Made by a program: the position numbers and the translations under genes. Under the pieces are notes generated by a model, which saw nothing but the letters and a program-made list of their open reading frames with translations, was not told where the DNA came from and made no database searches. From Escherichia virus TH22, in sequence record MT446396.1: a DNA stretch of 64,000 nt; one strand, given 5' to 3'. Numbering within the stretch: the first letter of the stretch is position 1; every line of letters starts with the position of its first letter. Below are positions 32,332-42,649 of the stretch, in pieces.

Positions 32332-32522
32332 AATTATTCTTATCACAAACTGTTCAGTTAAAAGGTGTGGGTATTCCTGGAATGATTTCAAAGGTCCTGC
32401 CTACGTTTAAATTAGGCAATACCCAAATTAAAGAAGCATATGCAGTCTTGTGGGTTGATGGAACTGAAGACGTTCGCATGGGTGGTGAGTTGTCTGTAAT
32501 CAAATGCTTAAAGCGAGGATAA
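32328..32522 (+). CDS. hypothetical protein (64 aa)
   Basis: ORF only. Confidence 0.45.
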   Translation: MKLFLSQTVQLKGVGIPGMISKVLPTFKLGNTQIKEAYAVLWVDGTEDVRMGGELSVIKCLKRG

Positions 32523-32523
32523 T

Positions 32524-32736
32524 ATGTTTAAGAAACTGATTCAGAAAATTTTGGGAACGGAAATGGTTGAAGTTACTTATCGCGTGACTGACGTAAGTCC
32601 ATGGGCCCGAAATATTGAACCATATACTAAAACAATTAAAATGCTGAAATCTGACGGTGGATTATCTATTAAAGACCGTTTACCTGGTTATGGTCATTGG
32701 GCTGATGTAGAGATTATCAGTGTCAAAAATGTCTGA
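32524..32736 (+). CDS. hypothetical protein (70 aa)
   Basis: ORF only. Confidence 0.45.
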   Translation: MFKKLIQKILGTEMVEVTYRVTDVSPWARNIEPYTKTIKMLKSDGGLSIKDRLPGYGHWADVEIISVKNV

Positions 32737-33187
32737 GTTAGAAATCAGAAGCAATTTCCCATGGCCATCATGTGCATTAAGTAACTTTGCTAAATGGCCT
32801 TTTGTTATGGAGGGTATCCAGTTTGGAGGTCTTGAAGGCTTCCTACAAGGGTGCAAGGTGAGAAATCATGAACAACAAAAACGTATATTTGGGATGTCCG
32901 GATTGGCCGCCCAGCAAAGTGGAAGAGCTTATGCAAGAGCTGCGGACCGTGGGACGCTTTTCTGGCTTGGAATTCCCTTTTCAAGATACTCTGCAGCATG
33001 GAAAGAGCTGTATACAAATGCATATTTTGAAGCAGCGCTCCAGAACCAAGGATTCCGCAATGCGTTACAATCCACAAAAGGCAAAGTTTTAAAGCATTCG
33101 ATGGCGAGCCACCTTACTGTTCATGATACAATATTGACTGAACAAGAATTTATTGACATACTTAACCAATTGAGAGATGCATTATGA
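32729..33187 (+). CDS. NADAR-like (YbiA/DUF1768 family) protein
   Basis: SNFAKWPF and LEGFLQGCKV motifs resemble recalled E. coli YbiA (FSNFAAWPI ... SEHYFQAQKF); start at first ATG (track ORF begins at an upstream GTG). Confidence 0.65.
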   Translation: MSELEIRSNFPWPSCALSNFAKWPFVMEGIQFGGLEGFLQGCKVRNHEQQKRIFGMSGLAAQQSGRAYARAADRGTLFWLGIPFSRYSAAWKELYTNAYFEAALQNQGFRNALQSTKGKVLKHSMASHLTVHDTILTEQEFIDILNQLRDAL

Positions 33188-34008
33188 AACCCGTTATTTT
33201 AACAGATATTGATGGCGTATGTTTGTCATGGCAGTCTGGCTTGCCTTATTTCGCTCAAAAATATAATTTACCCCTGGAACACATCCTTAAGATGATTCAG
33301 GATGAAAAATTTGTGACCCCTGGTAAACTTTTCAATTGTGATGAAGAGTTAGGCGCGCAGTTAATTGAAAAATATAACTGTTCAGACTTTATTCGCTATT
33401 TGTCTCCTTATGCGGATGCATTAAGGGTTATCAATAACCTCAAAGAGCAATATGATTTTGTGGCTGTTACAGCCCTGGGTGATTCTATTGATGCTCGCCT
33501 GAATCGTCAATTCAACCTGAATGCTTTGTTCCCTGGGGCATTTAAAGAAGTGATGATGTGCGGCCATACAGCTTCTAAAGAAGATTTGTTTCAGAAAGCG
33601 AAGACCAAATATAATGTCGTTTGTTATATTGATGACCTTGCCCACCATTGCGACCATGCGAGTGAAATTCTCGAGGTTCCGGTTTATTGGATGGCACGCG
33701 GCGAACGTGATGCTATTCCTAAAACAGCTTCCAAAGTTTTTAATTGGGACGATGTTGCTGGACAGCTTAAACTGAAACACAAAGATGAACCGGTCAAACC
33801 AGAATTCACTCCAGATGAACTCCGTAAACTGGAAGAGCTGTTTCGTGAAACTCGACGCCTTCAACAACAAATGCAGCAAGGCTGGCAGCCTGGTCAACCG
33901 TGGACTCCTGGGTATAATCCAGCATATCCATATCAATATGGTCAGCGTGTAGGTACTGGTATTGAATACTGGTACAATCAACCGACCGGTGGCCAAGGGG
34001 GTAATTGA
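33184..34008 (+). CDS. HAD-superfamily phosphatase-like protein with Q/P/G/Y-rich C-terminal tail
   Basis: N-terminal VILTDIDGV (DxDG[TV] HAD motif I) reminiscent of 5'(3')-deoxyribonucleotidases; low-complexity C-terminus QQGWQPGQPWTPGYNPAYPYQYGQ. Confidence 0.6.
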   Translation: MKPVILTDIDGVCLSWQSGLPYFAQKYNLPLEHILKMIQDEKFVTPGKLFNCDEELGAQLIEKYNCSDFIRYLSPYADALRVINNLKEQYDFVAVTALGDSIDARLNRQFNLNALFPGAFKEVMMCGHTASKEDLFQKAKTKYNVVCYIDDLAHHCDHASEILEVPVYWMARGERDAIPKTASKVFNWDDVAGQLKLKHKDEPVKPEFTPDELRKLEELFRETRRLQQQMQQGWQPGQPWTPGYNPAYPYQYGQRVGTGIEYWYNQPTGGQGGN

Positions 34009-34286
34009 TGTTTGTCGTTCATACTATTTCTGACCGTGGTCCAACTACCACGATGGATTACGGTCATGTTAACCAGTTTATTCGTCATGTGAATTATAAT
34101 TACTCGTTTGATATTAATCCGGCTAAAGATAACCCCGTTTGGCGTGAATGCGTTGAGCAAGGATTTATCTATGTTCACTTCATGACCAAAATGAAACCAG
34201 ATGGGGCAACTAAATTTGTGTTCACTTATCATAAGCGGCTGGATTTGCTTTTGGAAGACGTGGCATATAATAGAGTCAACGACTAA
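34008..34286 (+). CDS. hypothetical protein (92 aa)
   Basis: ATG overlapping upstream stop (TGATG). Confidence 0.5.
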   Translation: MFVVHTISDRGPTTTMDYGHVNQFIRHVNYNYSFDINPAKDNPVWRECVEQGFIYVHFMTKMKPDGATKFVFTYHKRLDLLLEDVAYNRVND

Positions 34287-34296
34287 GAGGTGATTA

Positions 34297-35829
34297 ATGA
34301 TTTTAGATATTTTAAATGAAATTGCTGCAACTGATTCTACGAAAGAGAAACAAGCTATCTTGGAATCGTATTCTGATAATGAAACCCTTAAACGTGTGTA
34401 TCGTTTGACATATTCCAAAGGCATCCAGTTCTATATCAAGAAATGGCCAAACGCTGGGTTAACTACCCAAAGCTTTGGCATGCTGAATATCGATGATATG
34501 CTTGACTTTATCGAATTCACATTAGCCGCGCGCAAATTAACAGGTAATGCTGCAATCGAGGAATTATCTGGCTATATTGCAGATGGTAAAAAAGATGATG
34601 TTGAAGTCTTGCGCCGCGTGATGATGCGTGACCTGGAATGTGGTGTGTCTGTATCAATTGCGAATAAGGTTTGGAAAGGTTTAATTCCTGAACAACCACA
34701 GATGCTCGCTTCTTCTTATGATGAAGCCGGTATTGCTAAGAACATTAAGTTCCCGGCATTTGCACAATTGAAAGCCGATGGTGCTCGGTGTTTTGCAGAA
34801 GTTCGTGGCGATGAGTTGGATGATGTTCGATTGCTATCCCGAGCTGGTAACGAATACCTTAAGCTTGACCTCCTTAAAAAGGAATTGATTGAAGCTACCC
34901 GTGAAGCGCGCGAGAGACATCCTGAGGGCGTTTTAATTGATGGCGAGTTAGTATACCATGAGCAGAAAGTAGCTCCCCAGAATGACGGTTTGGGCTTCCT
35001 TTTTGACGATTCAGATGAGATTGCTCCTGCAAAAGAATTTGCAGAATCAAGAACCTTTTCAAATGGCATGGCAAACAAATCATTAAAAGGAACTATTTCT
35101 GCGGCAGAAGCTTCTTGTATGAAATTCCAGGTTTGGGATTATGTTCCACTGATTGAAGTCTATTCTGATGTTAAGATTCTCAATCCACTGAAATATGATG
35201 TGCGTTTTGCTGTTCTGGAAAAGATGATTGCAGATAATGTGGTATTGCATGGTTTTGACCGCATGATTCTGATTGAAAACCATGTTGTTAACAATCTCGA
35301 TGAAGCGAAAGTTATCTATAAGAAATATGTAGATGAAGGTCTTGAAGGTATTATCCTTAAGAACATGGCATCGATTTGGGAAAACAAGCGCTCAAAGAAC
35401 CTGTATAAGTTCAAAGAAGTAATTGACATTGCAATGGAAATCATTGGATATTACGAGCACGATAAAGACCCGAATAAGATTGGCGGTGTGGTGCTTCGTT
35501 CTTCTTGTGGTAAGATTACAAATAACTGTGGTTCTGGTTTTAAAGACACAACTCAAGTCAAAGATAAGAAAACCAAAAAATGGGTTACTATTCCGATTGA
35601 GGAGCGTCATGAAATGGACCGTGAAGCCTTGATGGTTAAAGCACGTAAAGGTGAATTGGTTGGAATGATTGCCGACTGTGAATGCAATGGTTGGTTGACT
35701 TCCGAGACTCGTAAAGATAATACGGTTGCATTGTTCCTGCCGATTATTAAAGGGTTCCGTTTCGATAAAGACCATGCAGACACATTCGAAGATGTATTTG
35801 GCGACTGGTCAAAGACCGGGTTAAAATAA
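34297..35829 (+). CDS. 30: ATP-dependent DNA ligase gp30
   Basis: 510 aa; long stretches match recalled T4 ligase (MILDILNEIA...STK.KQAILE, KADGARCFAEVRGDELDDVRLLSRAGNEYL, EGVLIDGELVYHEQ). Confidence 0.95.
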   Translation: MILDILNEIAATDSTKEKQAILESYSDNETLKRVYRLTYSKGIQFYIKKWPNAGLTTQSFGMLNIDDMLDFIEFTLAARKLTGNAAIEELSGYIADGKKDDVEVLRRVMMRDLECGVSVSIANKVWKGLIPEQPQMLASSYDEAGIAKNIKFPAFAQLKADGARCFAEVRGDELDDVRLLSRAGNEYLKLDLLKKELIEATREARERHPEGVLIDGELVYHEQKVAPQNDGLGFLFDDSDEIAPAKEFAESRTFSNGMANKSLKGTISAAEASCMKFQVWDYVPLIEVYSDVKILNPLKYDVRFAVLEKMIADNVVLHGFDRMILIENHVVNNLDEAKVIYKKYVDEGLEGIILKNMASIWENKRSKNLYKFKEVIDIAMEIIGYYEHDKDPNKIGGVVLRSSCGKITNNCGSGFKDTTQVKDKKTKKWVTIPIEERHEMDREALMVKARKGELVGMIADCECNGWLTSETRKDNTVALFLPIIKGFRFDKDHADTFEDVFGDWSKTGLK

Positions 35830-35833
35830 CAAA

Positions 35834-35853
35834 AGGGCTTCGGCCCTTTTTTA
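35834..35853 (+). terminator. intrinsic terminator (GGGC-TTCG-GCCC + T-run)
   Basis: Seen in sequence after the ligase. Confidence 0.6.
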
Positions 35854-35887
35854 GTATAAATACATCATATTTTATAAGGAACCTATT

Positions 35888-37948
35888 ATGTCTGAACAAT
35901 TAAATGAACTCTTTGACAAATATATCGAAGCCTTCGGTTATCCTGTCATTAATATGAATCCAAAATACAAGGTCCCACAGGTTTGGCAATTTGGTGTTCC
36001 TGGGACCAATTCTCTTATGGCTCGTTTGATGCAATTCACGGGCAAAGAAACAGTTAAACAATATAAACGCGGCGATGCAATTGCCGAGGTATTCCTGTTA
36101 TCCGGAACTTCACACGGTCATGCTGTTCCTCTGAAGGGTGGTTTAGGTGAAAAACCTCTTGATGCAATTAACTTGATTTTTACTACAGTCTGGGAAAGCA
36201 TTAAACTAGGCAAACCTGATGTAGTCTTGTTCCGTTTCCCATCCAAAAAGATGAAAGGACAAGACCAAGCTATTATTCGTATTATGAATCGACTGATTCA
36301 AATGAAAACCAGCGGACGTTATCATGTTCTTCCGAATGCTTCTGGCCTTGGTAAAAAGAACGCTTATGTAATTATGTACAAAAGGGGTGTTGACCTGCTT
36401 TCAGTCGATGGTATGCCACCAGTCCCTGAGAAATATAAAAAAGTCGAAACTAAAGTTGGTGATGTATTCACCAATAAAGATAATGGTGCACAAGTATCCA
36501 AACAAGAAATTGCAGCCGAGATTCTGATTGACGCAGCAAACAAAAAGACCGATGCTGCTGTTGCCCAGAAAACTAAAATCAGTCGCCGAGCTATTGCACA
36601 AGCCCAGTACGCTCCAAGTGATTCCGTGCCAGAAGGTTGGGACGAAATCGATGCAGAAGCTGCTAAGTTTAGTCGACCGGCTACGGCAGAACTTATCGAT
36701 GATTATGAAGAACTGGAAATTTTTGTTCGACCTTCCGAAACGAATACTATGGCTCGTATGCGCGCAGCAGATACGGCTATGCGAGCAAATGGTGTTTGGA
36801 AAGAAGAAATTCGTGTTGAAGACTCTGACCCAATTTTTAACCGTATGCATCGCGAACTTAAACGTGCTCCAGTTGGTAGTATGAAGCAGATGCAGATTTT
36901 TGCCGAATCATGCGCAGAGATTCTTAACCTTCGCAAAGCCGCATTTATCGAAAGAAAAATGAATGATGCTCCTCCTAATGTGGATGCAGCCACTTATGCA
37001 GCCTCGCTCTGGGAAAAAGAATACACAAGCGCCATTCGTGTTGCAGTTAAAGACTTTGCTGAAGAAGCATCAGAAAATACTCTTAATTTCACAGCAGGGT
37101 ATACTGACAACCGTTTCCATTATGGTCAGCGAGAAGCAATTGCAGATTATTGTGGAGCAAACTATGCCGATATTAATAATTATTTGATGGGCAAATATTA
37201 TGAAGAAGAAGCTGAATTCCTAAATCTAGACAGAGTTGTCGAAACAATTAAGGAATTGGATTCGGCCTTTGAAATTGGACATAAGTTGCCACCTAATACA
37301 ACTCTTTGGCGTGGTCAATATTTAAACGTTCCTACATTTGATAAAATTAAGAAATCTAAATTATTTTATTTCAGGAACTATGTATCAACGTCGTTTAAAC
37401 CGATTATCTTTGGTGGCTGGGTGGCGAACGTTGCTATGGCTGCAGTTCATCAGGACTATCGTGATGGGACATCTTTCCAGGCTGATGACGAAATTGTTTT
37501 ACCAGATATGCCGGAAGCACGCCGCGACCACGTAATGATGCATGTTGGTTGGAAAATTTCTGGGGCGGACTTAATTAACGTAATTGTTCCTGGGGAATTG
37601 TCAGGCAACCCATCCGAGCAGGAAGTTATTCTTCCTCGTGGGACTGTAGTTAAGATTACCAAAATTACTGATGCTTCGTATCAAGGAAACGCGAACGTCA
37701 AAATGCTGGAAGCTGATATCCAGACTACGGACCAACTGGATGAAAATGCAGTTATCTATGATGGTGATGTGTTGATGGAAACTGGTGAGCTTGTCGTTTA
37801 TCAGGGCGAGGAAACAGAAGAGCCAGTAGAATCTGTTGACTTTGCATCGTTTGCATCCTCTGGGGTAACGAAGAAAGTCAATCAAGGTCTTGGTATTCTT
37901 GCTAGTTGTATTAATTTGGAAGCTATTCCTCCTAAATTCCTTTCGTAA
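35888..37948 (+). CDS. alt: Alt ADP-ribosyltransferase (packaged, modifies host RNA polymerase)
   Basis: 686 aa; match to recalled T4 Alt (KISRRAIAQ, FYFRNYVSTS, EVILPRG.VVK..KITDASY, IYDGD.LMETGELV, VDFASF.SS). Confidence 0.9.
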   Translation: MSEQLNELFDKYIEAFGYPVINMNPKYKVPQVWQFGVPGTNSLMARLMQFTGKETVKQYKRGDAIAEVFLLSGTSHGHAVPLKGGLGEKPLDAINLIFTTVWESIKLGKPDVVLFRFPSKKMKGQDQAIIRIMNRLIQMKTSGRYHVLPNASGLGKKNAYVIMYKRGVDLLSVDGMPPVPEKYKKVETKVGDVFTNKDNGAQVSKQEIAAEILIDAANKKTDAAVAQKTKISRRAIAQAQYAPSDSVPEGWDEIDAEAAKFSRPATAELIDDYEELEIFVRPSETNTMARMRAADTAMRANGVWKEEIRVEDSDPIFNRMHRELKRAPVGSMKQMQIFAESCAEILNLRKAAFIERKMNDAPPNVDAATYAASLWEKEYTSAIRVAVKDFAEEASENTLNFTAGYTDNRFHYGQREAIADYCGANYADINNYLMGKYYEEEAEFLNLDRVVETIKELDSAFEIGHKLPPNTTLWRGQYLNVPTFDKIKKSKLFYFRNYVSTSFKPIIFGGWVANVAMAAVHQDYRDGTSFQADDEIVLPDMPEARRDHVMMHVGWKISGADLINVIVPGELSGNPSEQEVILPRGTVVKITKITDASYQGNANVKMLEADIQTTDQLDENAVIYDGDVLMETGELVVYQGEETEEPVESVDFASFASSGVTKKVNQGLGILASCINLEAIPPKFLS

Positions 37949-37951
37949 GGG

Positions 37952-37981
37952 GTTTACAAGCACAAGGAAGTGCGATACAAT
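37952..37981 (+). promoter_or_regulatory. early promoter (GTTTAC, N18, TACAAT)
   Basis: Seen in sequence upstream of ORF 38013. Confidence 0.5.
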
Positions 37982-38012
37982 GTTCATATCAATTGTACAT
38001 GAGGAAAACAAA

Positions 38013-38303
38013 ATGAAATCATCTTTTCGCTTTAACGGTCAGGAACTGGTAGTTGAGAATGTTATCCCGGCTTCAGAAGAGTTTGACAGCGCAGTGGGTA
38101 ATGAATTACGCCGTGTATTTGGTGAAGATAAGAAGTTTGACCTTCGCCCTGTTGAGAACTTTGTAAATTCTGAACAAACAGAAAATATTTTTAATGGTGT
38201 AGTAACTGGTCAGCTTGAATCTGAAGCGCCAATTGCAATTACAGTCTTTGCTAAGAAAGAAGCTGTAATGACTGCAGCAGGTTTCATTTCATTCCGCAAA
38301 TAA
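38013..38303 (+). CDS. hypothetical protein (96 aa)
   Basis: RBS GAGGA; bracketed by its own promoter and a terminator. Confidence 0.55.
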   Translation: MKSSFRFNGQELVVENVIPASEEFDSAVGNELRRVFGEDKKFDLRPVENFVNSEQTENIFNGVVTGQLESEAPIAITVFAKKEAVMTAAGFISFRK

Positions 38304-38332
38304 AAAAGGGACCTTCGGGTCCCTTTCTTTTT
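38302..38332. terminator. bidirectional terminator (A-run, GGGACC-TTCG-GGTCCC, T-run) between convergent genes
   Basis: Perfect hairpin flanked by A-run and T-run. Confidence 0.7.
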
Positions 38333-39290
38333 ATAATATACGTTGACTTCCACCAGAGACTGTTCTCCCAGAACCAGTGAACGTATTGTATAGACTTGTT
38401 AATCCAGATTGGGCACCAGACAAGCGGCTCAATTTGGCAACTTCTGCGTTCAAGTTGTTATCTGAACTAATACCAGATACACCCTTAATAACCTTATCTT
38501 CTAACCATTCCAATGCAGCAGCTCTTCCCACCGCACCAGTTGACATAACGCGATAAGCAAAAGTCACATCAAATGTAGCTATCTGATTATCCCCTTCATA
38601 ACTCAATTCAGGCGCTGATACACTTACAGGAACACAACCAGTTAACATAACAACCGTATGCGGCAATCCATTACGTGAGTGAAGGTTAACCTGAATATCA
38701 GCTTCAACGTCTTCAGGCAAGGCCCTTAGCTGGGTAACCGGGTCTTGCACAGAGTTAACCCAATCGTTAAATGCTCTGTAGTTCCCTGCCTCTGAATCCA
38801 TTCTAAAGCTCAATACCAATGGAGAATATTCTCTTCCTGTTATCTTAATATTTGGTGCGTTATGGTTGAGGTCCATTTCGTAGTTCAACGTGTTATCCGG
38901 AAGCTTAACAGAGTGGACCAATAGACCAGCCGTTGGATATGCCATATTAAAGAAATCAAGCAGGTAAGTACCAACCTCAAATTCCCCCAATAATGATTGC
39001 ACAACACGGTTACTCATTGCCCCGATAAGATATTTGCTTATCCCTGATTTGCGAATAAGCTTTTGTGTCCCAGCAGTAACAAGAGTTGTTATCCCTTGAG
39101 TTAAGTCGCCTTGCGTTAAACCAAACCAATCTGAGTTAACAGGAAGGTTGCTGAATAATGCGCCACCAAACTGGTCCAGAAGATTCTGAGATTTGGAGGA
39201 AGGCGTGGTCGCGAAGACCACACTAAAAAGGTTATTCCTTTGTAAGTCGATATTAATCGCCTGCGTTTGGAATTCTTGTAAAGTAAACAT
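38331..39290 (-). CDS. 54: baseplate tail tube initiator gp54
   Basis: 319 aa; match to recalled T4 gp54 (QAIN.D.QRNN.FS.VFATTPS, DVEADIQVNLHSRNGLPHT). Confidence 0.9.
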   Translation of the reverse strand: MFTLQEFQTQAINIDLQRNNLFSVVFATTPSSKSQNLLDQFGGALFSNLPVNSDWFGLTQGDLTQGITTLVTAGTQKLIRKSGISKYLIGAMSNRVVQSLLGEFEVGTYLLDFFNMAYPTAGLLVHSVKLPDNTLNYEMDLNHNAPNIKITGREYSPLVLSFRMDSEAGNYRAFNDWVNSVQDPVTQLRALPEDVEADIQVNLHSRNGLPHTVVMLTGCVPVSVSAPELSYEGDNQIATFDVTFAYRVMSTGAVGRAAALEWLEDKVIKGVSGISSDNNLNAEVAKLSRLSGAQSGLTSLYNTFTGSGRTVSGGSQRIL

Positions 39291-40384
39291 TAGAAACCCT
39301 CCGCATATAACGAGCCACGGTTAAGCGTAATGATTTCACGGAAAGTGATTTCAAGTACAAAAGTCGATGGCAGGTTAGGAGCAATAGCTAATCCGCCGAA
39401 ATGACCATCCGGAGATTTATCAAATCTTATGCTCTGAATCTGACATGGCCCAAATAGCTCCCCACGACCATCGTACGAGCTTGTATCACCAAAGTTGCGG
39501 ATATACCAGATAGTAGGGTTAGAGACCACCAGAACGTTCGTTAGGAAGCTTGTTATCTCTTCACCGAGCAACTTGCCGTCAAAGTTATCGATTGCTTCCT
39601 TTTTGAAGGTGGATTTATACCATGTATCGATTTTTTCTTTCAGCTCGGAAGCAAACGAACTTTTACCAGTTTCCCCATATGAGTAATAGTTAAAAATCTC
39701 GTATATCTTCACTATCTGGATTAAGTCCTGGGCCGAACGTGGAGTCATTTCCCATGTGTAAACTTTTGTCCTGTTATCCGGGCCAGCGTACATGCTTCTT
39801 GCCGTTGTGTAAATCTGTTCACCGTGGTCGGCCATTACACCGTTTGTAACTGATTCGAGTGCGCCGAAAACTGCAGTCGATGCGATGTTACTAAGAATAC
39901 CGGTGGCTGAGCCACCCCCTTTCGTAATAAGAGATTCACCAACATCATTGAATCGATGCGACACGGATTCTACATCAGACTTCGAACGAGGCAATAGGAT
40001 ATTTGCAACAGCGTTCGAATCAAAACTTTTACCTGTTGAGCCGGCGCCGGTTAATTTCGATTTAGCAAAAGATGTTAAACTTTTAACCGGGTTAAATGAA
40101 GCACCATTTGAAACGTTCTTTAATGAAGTCAATTGGCTTGACCTATCTGAGCGTAATTCCGGAGATGTTCTTGAACTGAAATTGTATGCCGTGAATAACA
40201 GACCATTTTTATAAAGGTCATTAACTCGCATATCATCTGAAGAATCATTACCGGAAGCTCGTTCTGCTGGATATTGCGCCACAATAGTAGCTTGAGTCGG
40301 GGCAGCTTTTGACTGCCCCGCGGAGGTCTTAGAACCTCCGTTAAACAAACCCGCAATATCAATATCGAGTTCTTTTACTTTCAT
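39290..40384 (-). CDS. 48: baseplate tail tube cap gp48
   Basis: 364 aa as in T4; partial match (KTSAGQS, VTAQYPAERS.GND, RVNDLYKNGLLFTAY). Confidence 0.9.
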   Translation of the reverse strand: MKVKELDIDIAGLFNGGSKTSAGQSKAAPTQATIVAQYPAERASGNDSSDDMRVNDLYKNGLLFTAYNFSSRTSPELRSDRSSQLTSLKNVSNGASFNPVKSLTSFAKSKLTGAGSTGKSFDSNAVANILLPRSKSDVESVSHRFNDVGESLITKGGGSATGILSNIASTAVFGALESVTNGVMADHGEQIYTTARSMYAGPDNRTKVYTWEMTPRSAQDLIQIVKIYEIFNYYSYGETGKSSFASELKEKIDTWYKSTFKKEAIDNFDGKLLGEEITSFLTNVLVVSNPTIWYIRNFGDTSSYDGRGELFGPCQIQSIRFDKSPDGHFGGLAIAPNLPSTFVLEITFREIITLNRGSLYAEGF

Positions 40385-40392
40385 ATTATTCC

Positions 40393-42138
40393 TTAGTTAA
40401 TTCTCGTAGCCTGTCTCATGCCAGGGGCAGGGGTTGAACTTTGGGGAGGCATATTGTATTGCGTCCTGGAAGTCTTCTGAATATTATTGACTGTGTTAAT
40501 TTGGGCCTGAGCCGGTGCATCCTTGTATTTATTTTCTTTGGCCTTCATGCCTTCATCGACCTTCGCAGCTTGTTGTGCATCTGGAGAAGTCTTAATGTCT
40601 GGCGGTTTAACCTTCGGTTCATCTTTGAACTTCTCAAGAGACTTATCAAGTTTTTCCAGGAGAGCACGCATATTCAAGTCTTTCGGAGCTCCACCTTTCG
40701 CCATAGCAGGGTCAGCTAATTGTTTTTCAATGTTAGCTCTCATTTCCAGCGCATTCTTTTTATCGGTCGCATCTGGCTTCATTAGGTTGTCAGCAGTTTG
40801 GGTCAAACGAATAATATCAGCCTGTGCTTTGTCACGCTTCTTGAAATAGTCCAGACGTTCTTCTTCTGGAAGGTCTCTGAAGCTTGTATCAATACCACCC
40901 GCGCGAAGCTGGTCAGCTTGTTCCTTGGTAAGGTTACCATATTTTTCGGCTTGATTAATTAGTTCAGGTTTATCCTTATACTTCTTATTCATCTTCTCTG
41001 CAGCTTCCATTGCTTCGGCCGAACGTTTGTCATGATATTTTGCTATCTTGGTTTGGTCTTCATCATCCAGAGTTGCCCCTGTATTTTGCTGATAAGACAT
41101 CAAAGCCGAGGCCTCCACATTATCTGCTAAATCACCCATCCCAGGGATTTTGCTTAAGATAGCTGAAATCAGTTTCGAAATCCCAAGCATAAGAAGTTGA
41201 GCCATGTTCTTCGTTAAGTTAACCATCCCACGGATAATAGCTTCAGCTAATCCCAACCAGTTCCTTTCACTAAACATCGCTTCAGCATTCTTAGCCCAAG
41301 TCATTAGTCCTTCGAGTAACGGTCCCCATTCTTTGAACTTGTCATTAAATTCGGCCCATCCTTTTTCGAATTGCTTCATGAAATATTGAAAATAAACTCG
41401 TATCGCATCGATACCAAATACCAACAGCAATAATCCACCAATAAGCTTGGCTGCTTCAGCAGCGGCCGTAATTGTGTATTTGAACAGCATCCCGGAGATT
41501 CGGTCAGCAACAGAAATCGATGCCTTAAATCCTTTTTCGGTTATCTTCGAAAGGGTGTCAAGCTTATCGCCAAGTGACCAGGTATTAGTCTCTTTGCCTT
41601 CTGCATCGTTTTTTGGTTGTTCTGGTTCTGGAATGAAGTCTGCGTCTGGCTTTTGTTCTTCTGGCGGTATGAGCTCTGGAACGCTCGCCGTGGGCTTATT
41701 CTCTTCAGGCTCTGGTAATGCATCCTCCACAGGTTTAAGGCTTTCAGAACCAGCCACAGGAGACGTGACGCCTAGTTTACCGCTTATCATTGCACTGAGT
41801 TTGTCGAGTTTATCCGAGAGAATATCCGTGAGGTTTTTAATCCCTTGTTGAGTCTTCTCGGTGGCTTCGGCCGTCAGTTCGACCCCAGCACTGATATCCT
41901 GGAGGACTCCATTATTGGTTTGGATATTCTCGATAATCTGATTACCCTTATCCTCAATAGCTTCCGACACAAGTTCGGTTGCAGCTTGTGTATTTGTAAG
42001 AGTTGTATTCAGATTCGATAGTTCATCATTCTGTTCGGCAGAGAGGGCTTCCGCCCTCCTTTGTGGTGCTAATTCTTCAATAAGCTTTTTATTCGGTCCA
42101 CTGCGTCTGAAGCTCGTTTGTTCGGAGTTCTTATTCAT
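40393..42138 (-). CDS. 29: tail tube length determinant / baseplate hub subunit gp29
   Basis: 581 aa; synteny between 48 and 28; size close to T4 gp29. Confidence 0.8.
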   Translation of the reverse strand: MNKNSEQTSFRRSGPNKKLIEELAPQRRAEALSAEQNDELSNLNTTLTNTQAATELVSEAIEDKGNQIIENIQTNNGVLQDISAGVELTAEATEKTQQGIKNLTDILSDKLDKLSAMISGKLGVTSPVAGSESLKPVEDALPEPEENKPTASVPELIPPEEQKPDADFIPEPEQPKNDAEGKETNTWSLGDKLDTLSKITEKGFKASISVADRISGMLFKYTITAAAEAAKLIGGLLLLVFGIDAIRVYFQYFMKQFEKGWAEFNDKFKEWGPLLEGLMTWAKNAEAMFSERNWLGLAEAIIRGMVNLTKNMAQLLMLGISKLISAILSKIPGMGDLADNVEASALMSYQQNTGATLDDEDQTKIAKYHDKRSAEAMEAAEKMNKKYKDKPELINQAEKYGNLTKEQADQLRAGGIDTSFRDLPEEERLDYFKKRDKAQADIIRLTQTADNLMKPDATDKKNALEMRANIEKQLADPAMAKGGAPKDLNMRALLEKLDKSLEKFKDEPKVKPPDIKTSPDAQQAAKVDEGMKAKENKYKDAPAQAQINTVNNIQKTSRTQYNMPPQSSTPAPGMRQATRIN

Positions 42139-42649
42139 TTAGGAGTTCCATTATTTTCAGTAACCCCTTAACAGGACCATTCGGTCCCGGGATTGCTAAT
42201 GTGCTTGTGATATCGTCTGCCCACTTAGCAACAAAAGCAGGCATATCCAGAAAGTCTGGAACGTCTTCCCCGAGATAAAGAGTCTCCAGAAGATTGTCAA
42301 CTGGTCCGAATTCTTCATACGGTTTATTAGAGCGGAATTTAAATGTTTTTCCTTGATAAGAGAATTCAAGGCGCTGACAGATATAAACATCATCCAGCTT
42401 ATATGTAAACCCATCAATCTCACGTTTGTCTTTTAGCTTACCATTAAATTCCAGAAGATGTAAAGATACAAAGTCGGATTCAGCTGCTGTAAGATTAGGG
42501 AATATCGATTGCATAATCTTTCTTAATGCAGCGTATGGGTTAGGTTCGTTTTTAATCAGATTGTGATGTTTAAGACCCAGCTTAGGAATGTGAATCTCTT
42601 TATCACCCAGCTGTATTTTCTTCGTCGGCAGAATCAGTTTTAAGTTCAT
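42131..42649 (-). CDS. 28: baseplate distal hub subunit gp28
   Basis: Synteny; start set at internal ATG with AAAGG RBS (172 aa); track ORF extends to 42691. Confidence 0.65.
   Translation of the reverse strand: MNLKLILPTKKIQLGDKEIHIPKLGLKHHNLIKNEPNPYAALRKIMQSIFPNLTAAESDFVSLHLLEFNGKLKDKREIDGFTYKLDDVYICQRLEFSYQGKTFKFRSNKPYEEFGPVDNLLETLYLGEDVPDFLDMPAFVAKWADDITSTLAIPGPNGPVKGLLKIMELLNE

Noticed and set aside
36401-38011. Several minus-strand ORFs (149, 96, 68, 136 aa) in the alt region
   Set aside because: Antisense to alt, whose product matches T4 Alt along its length; no RBS or promoter evidence.
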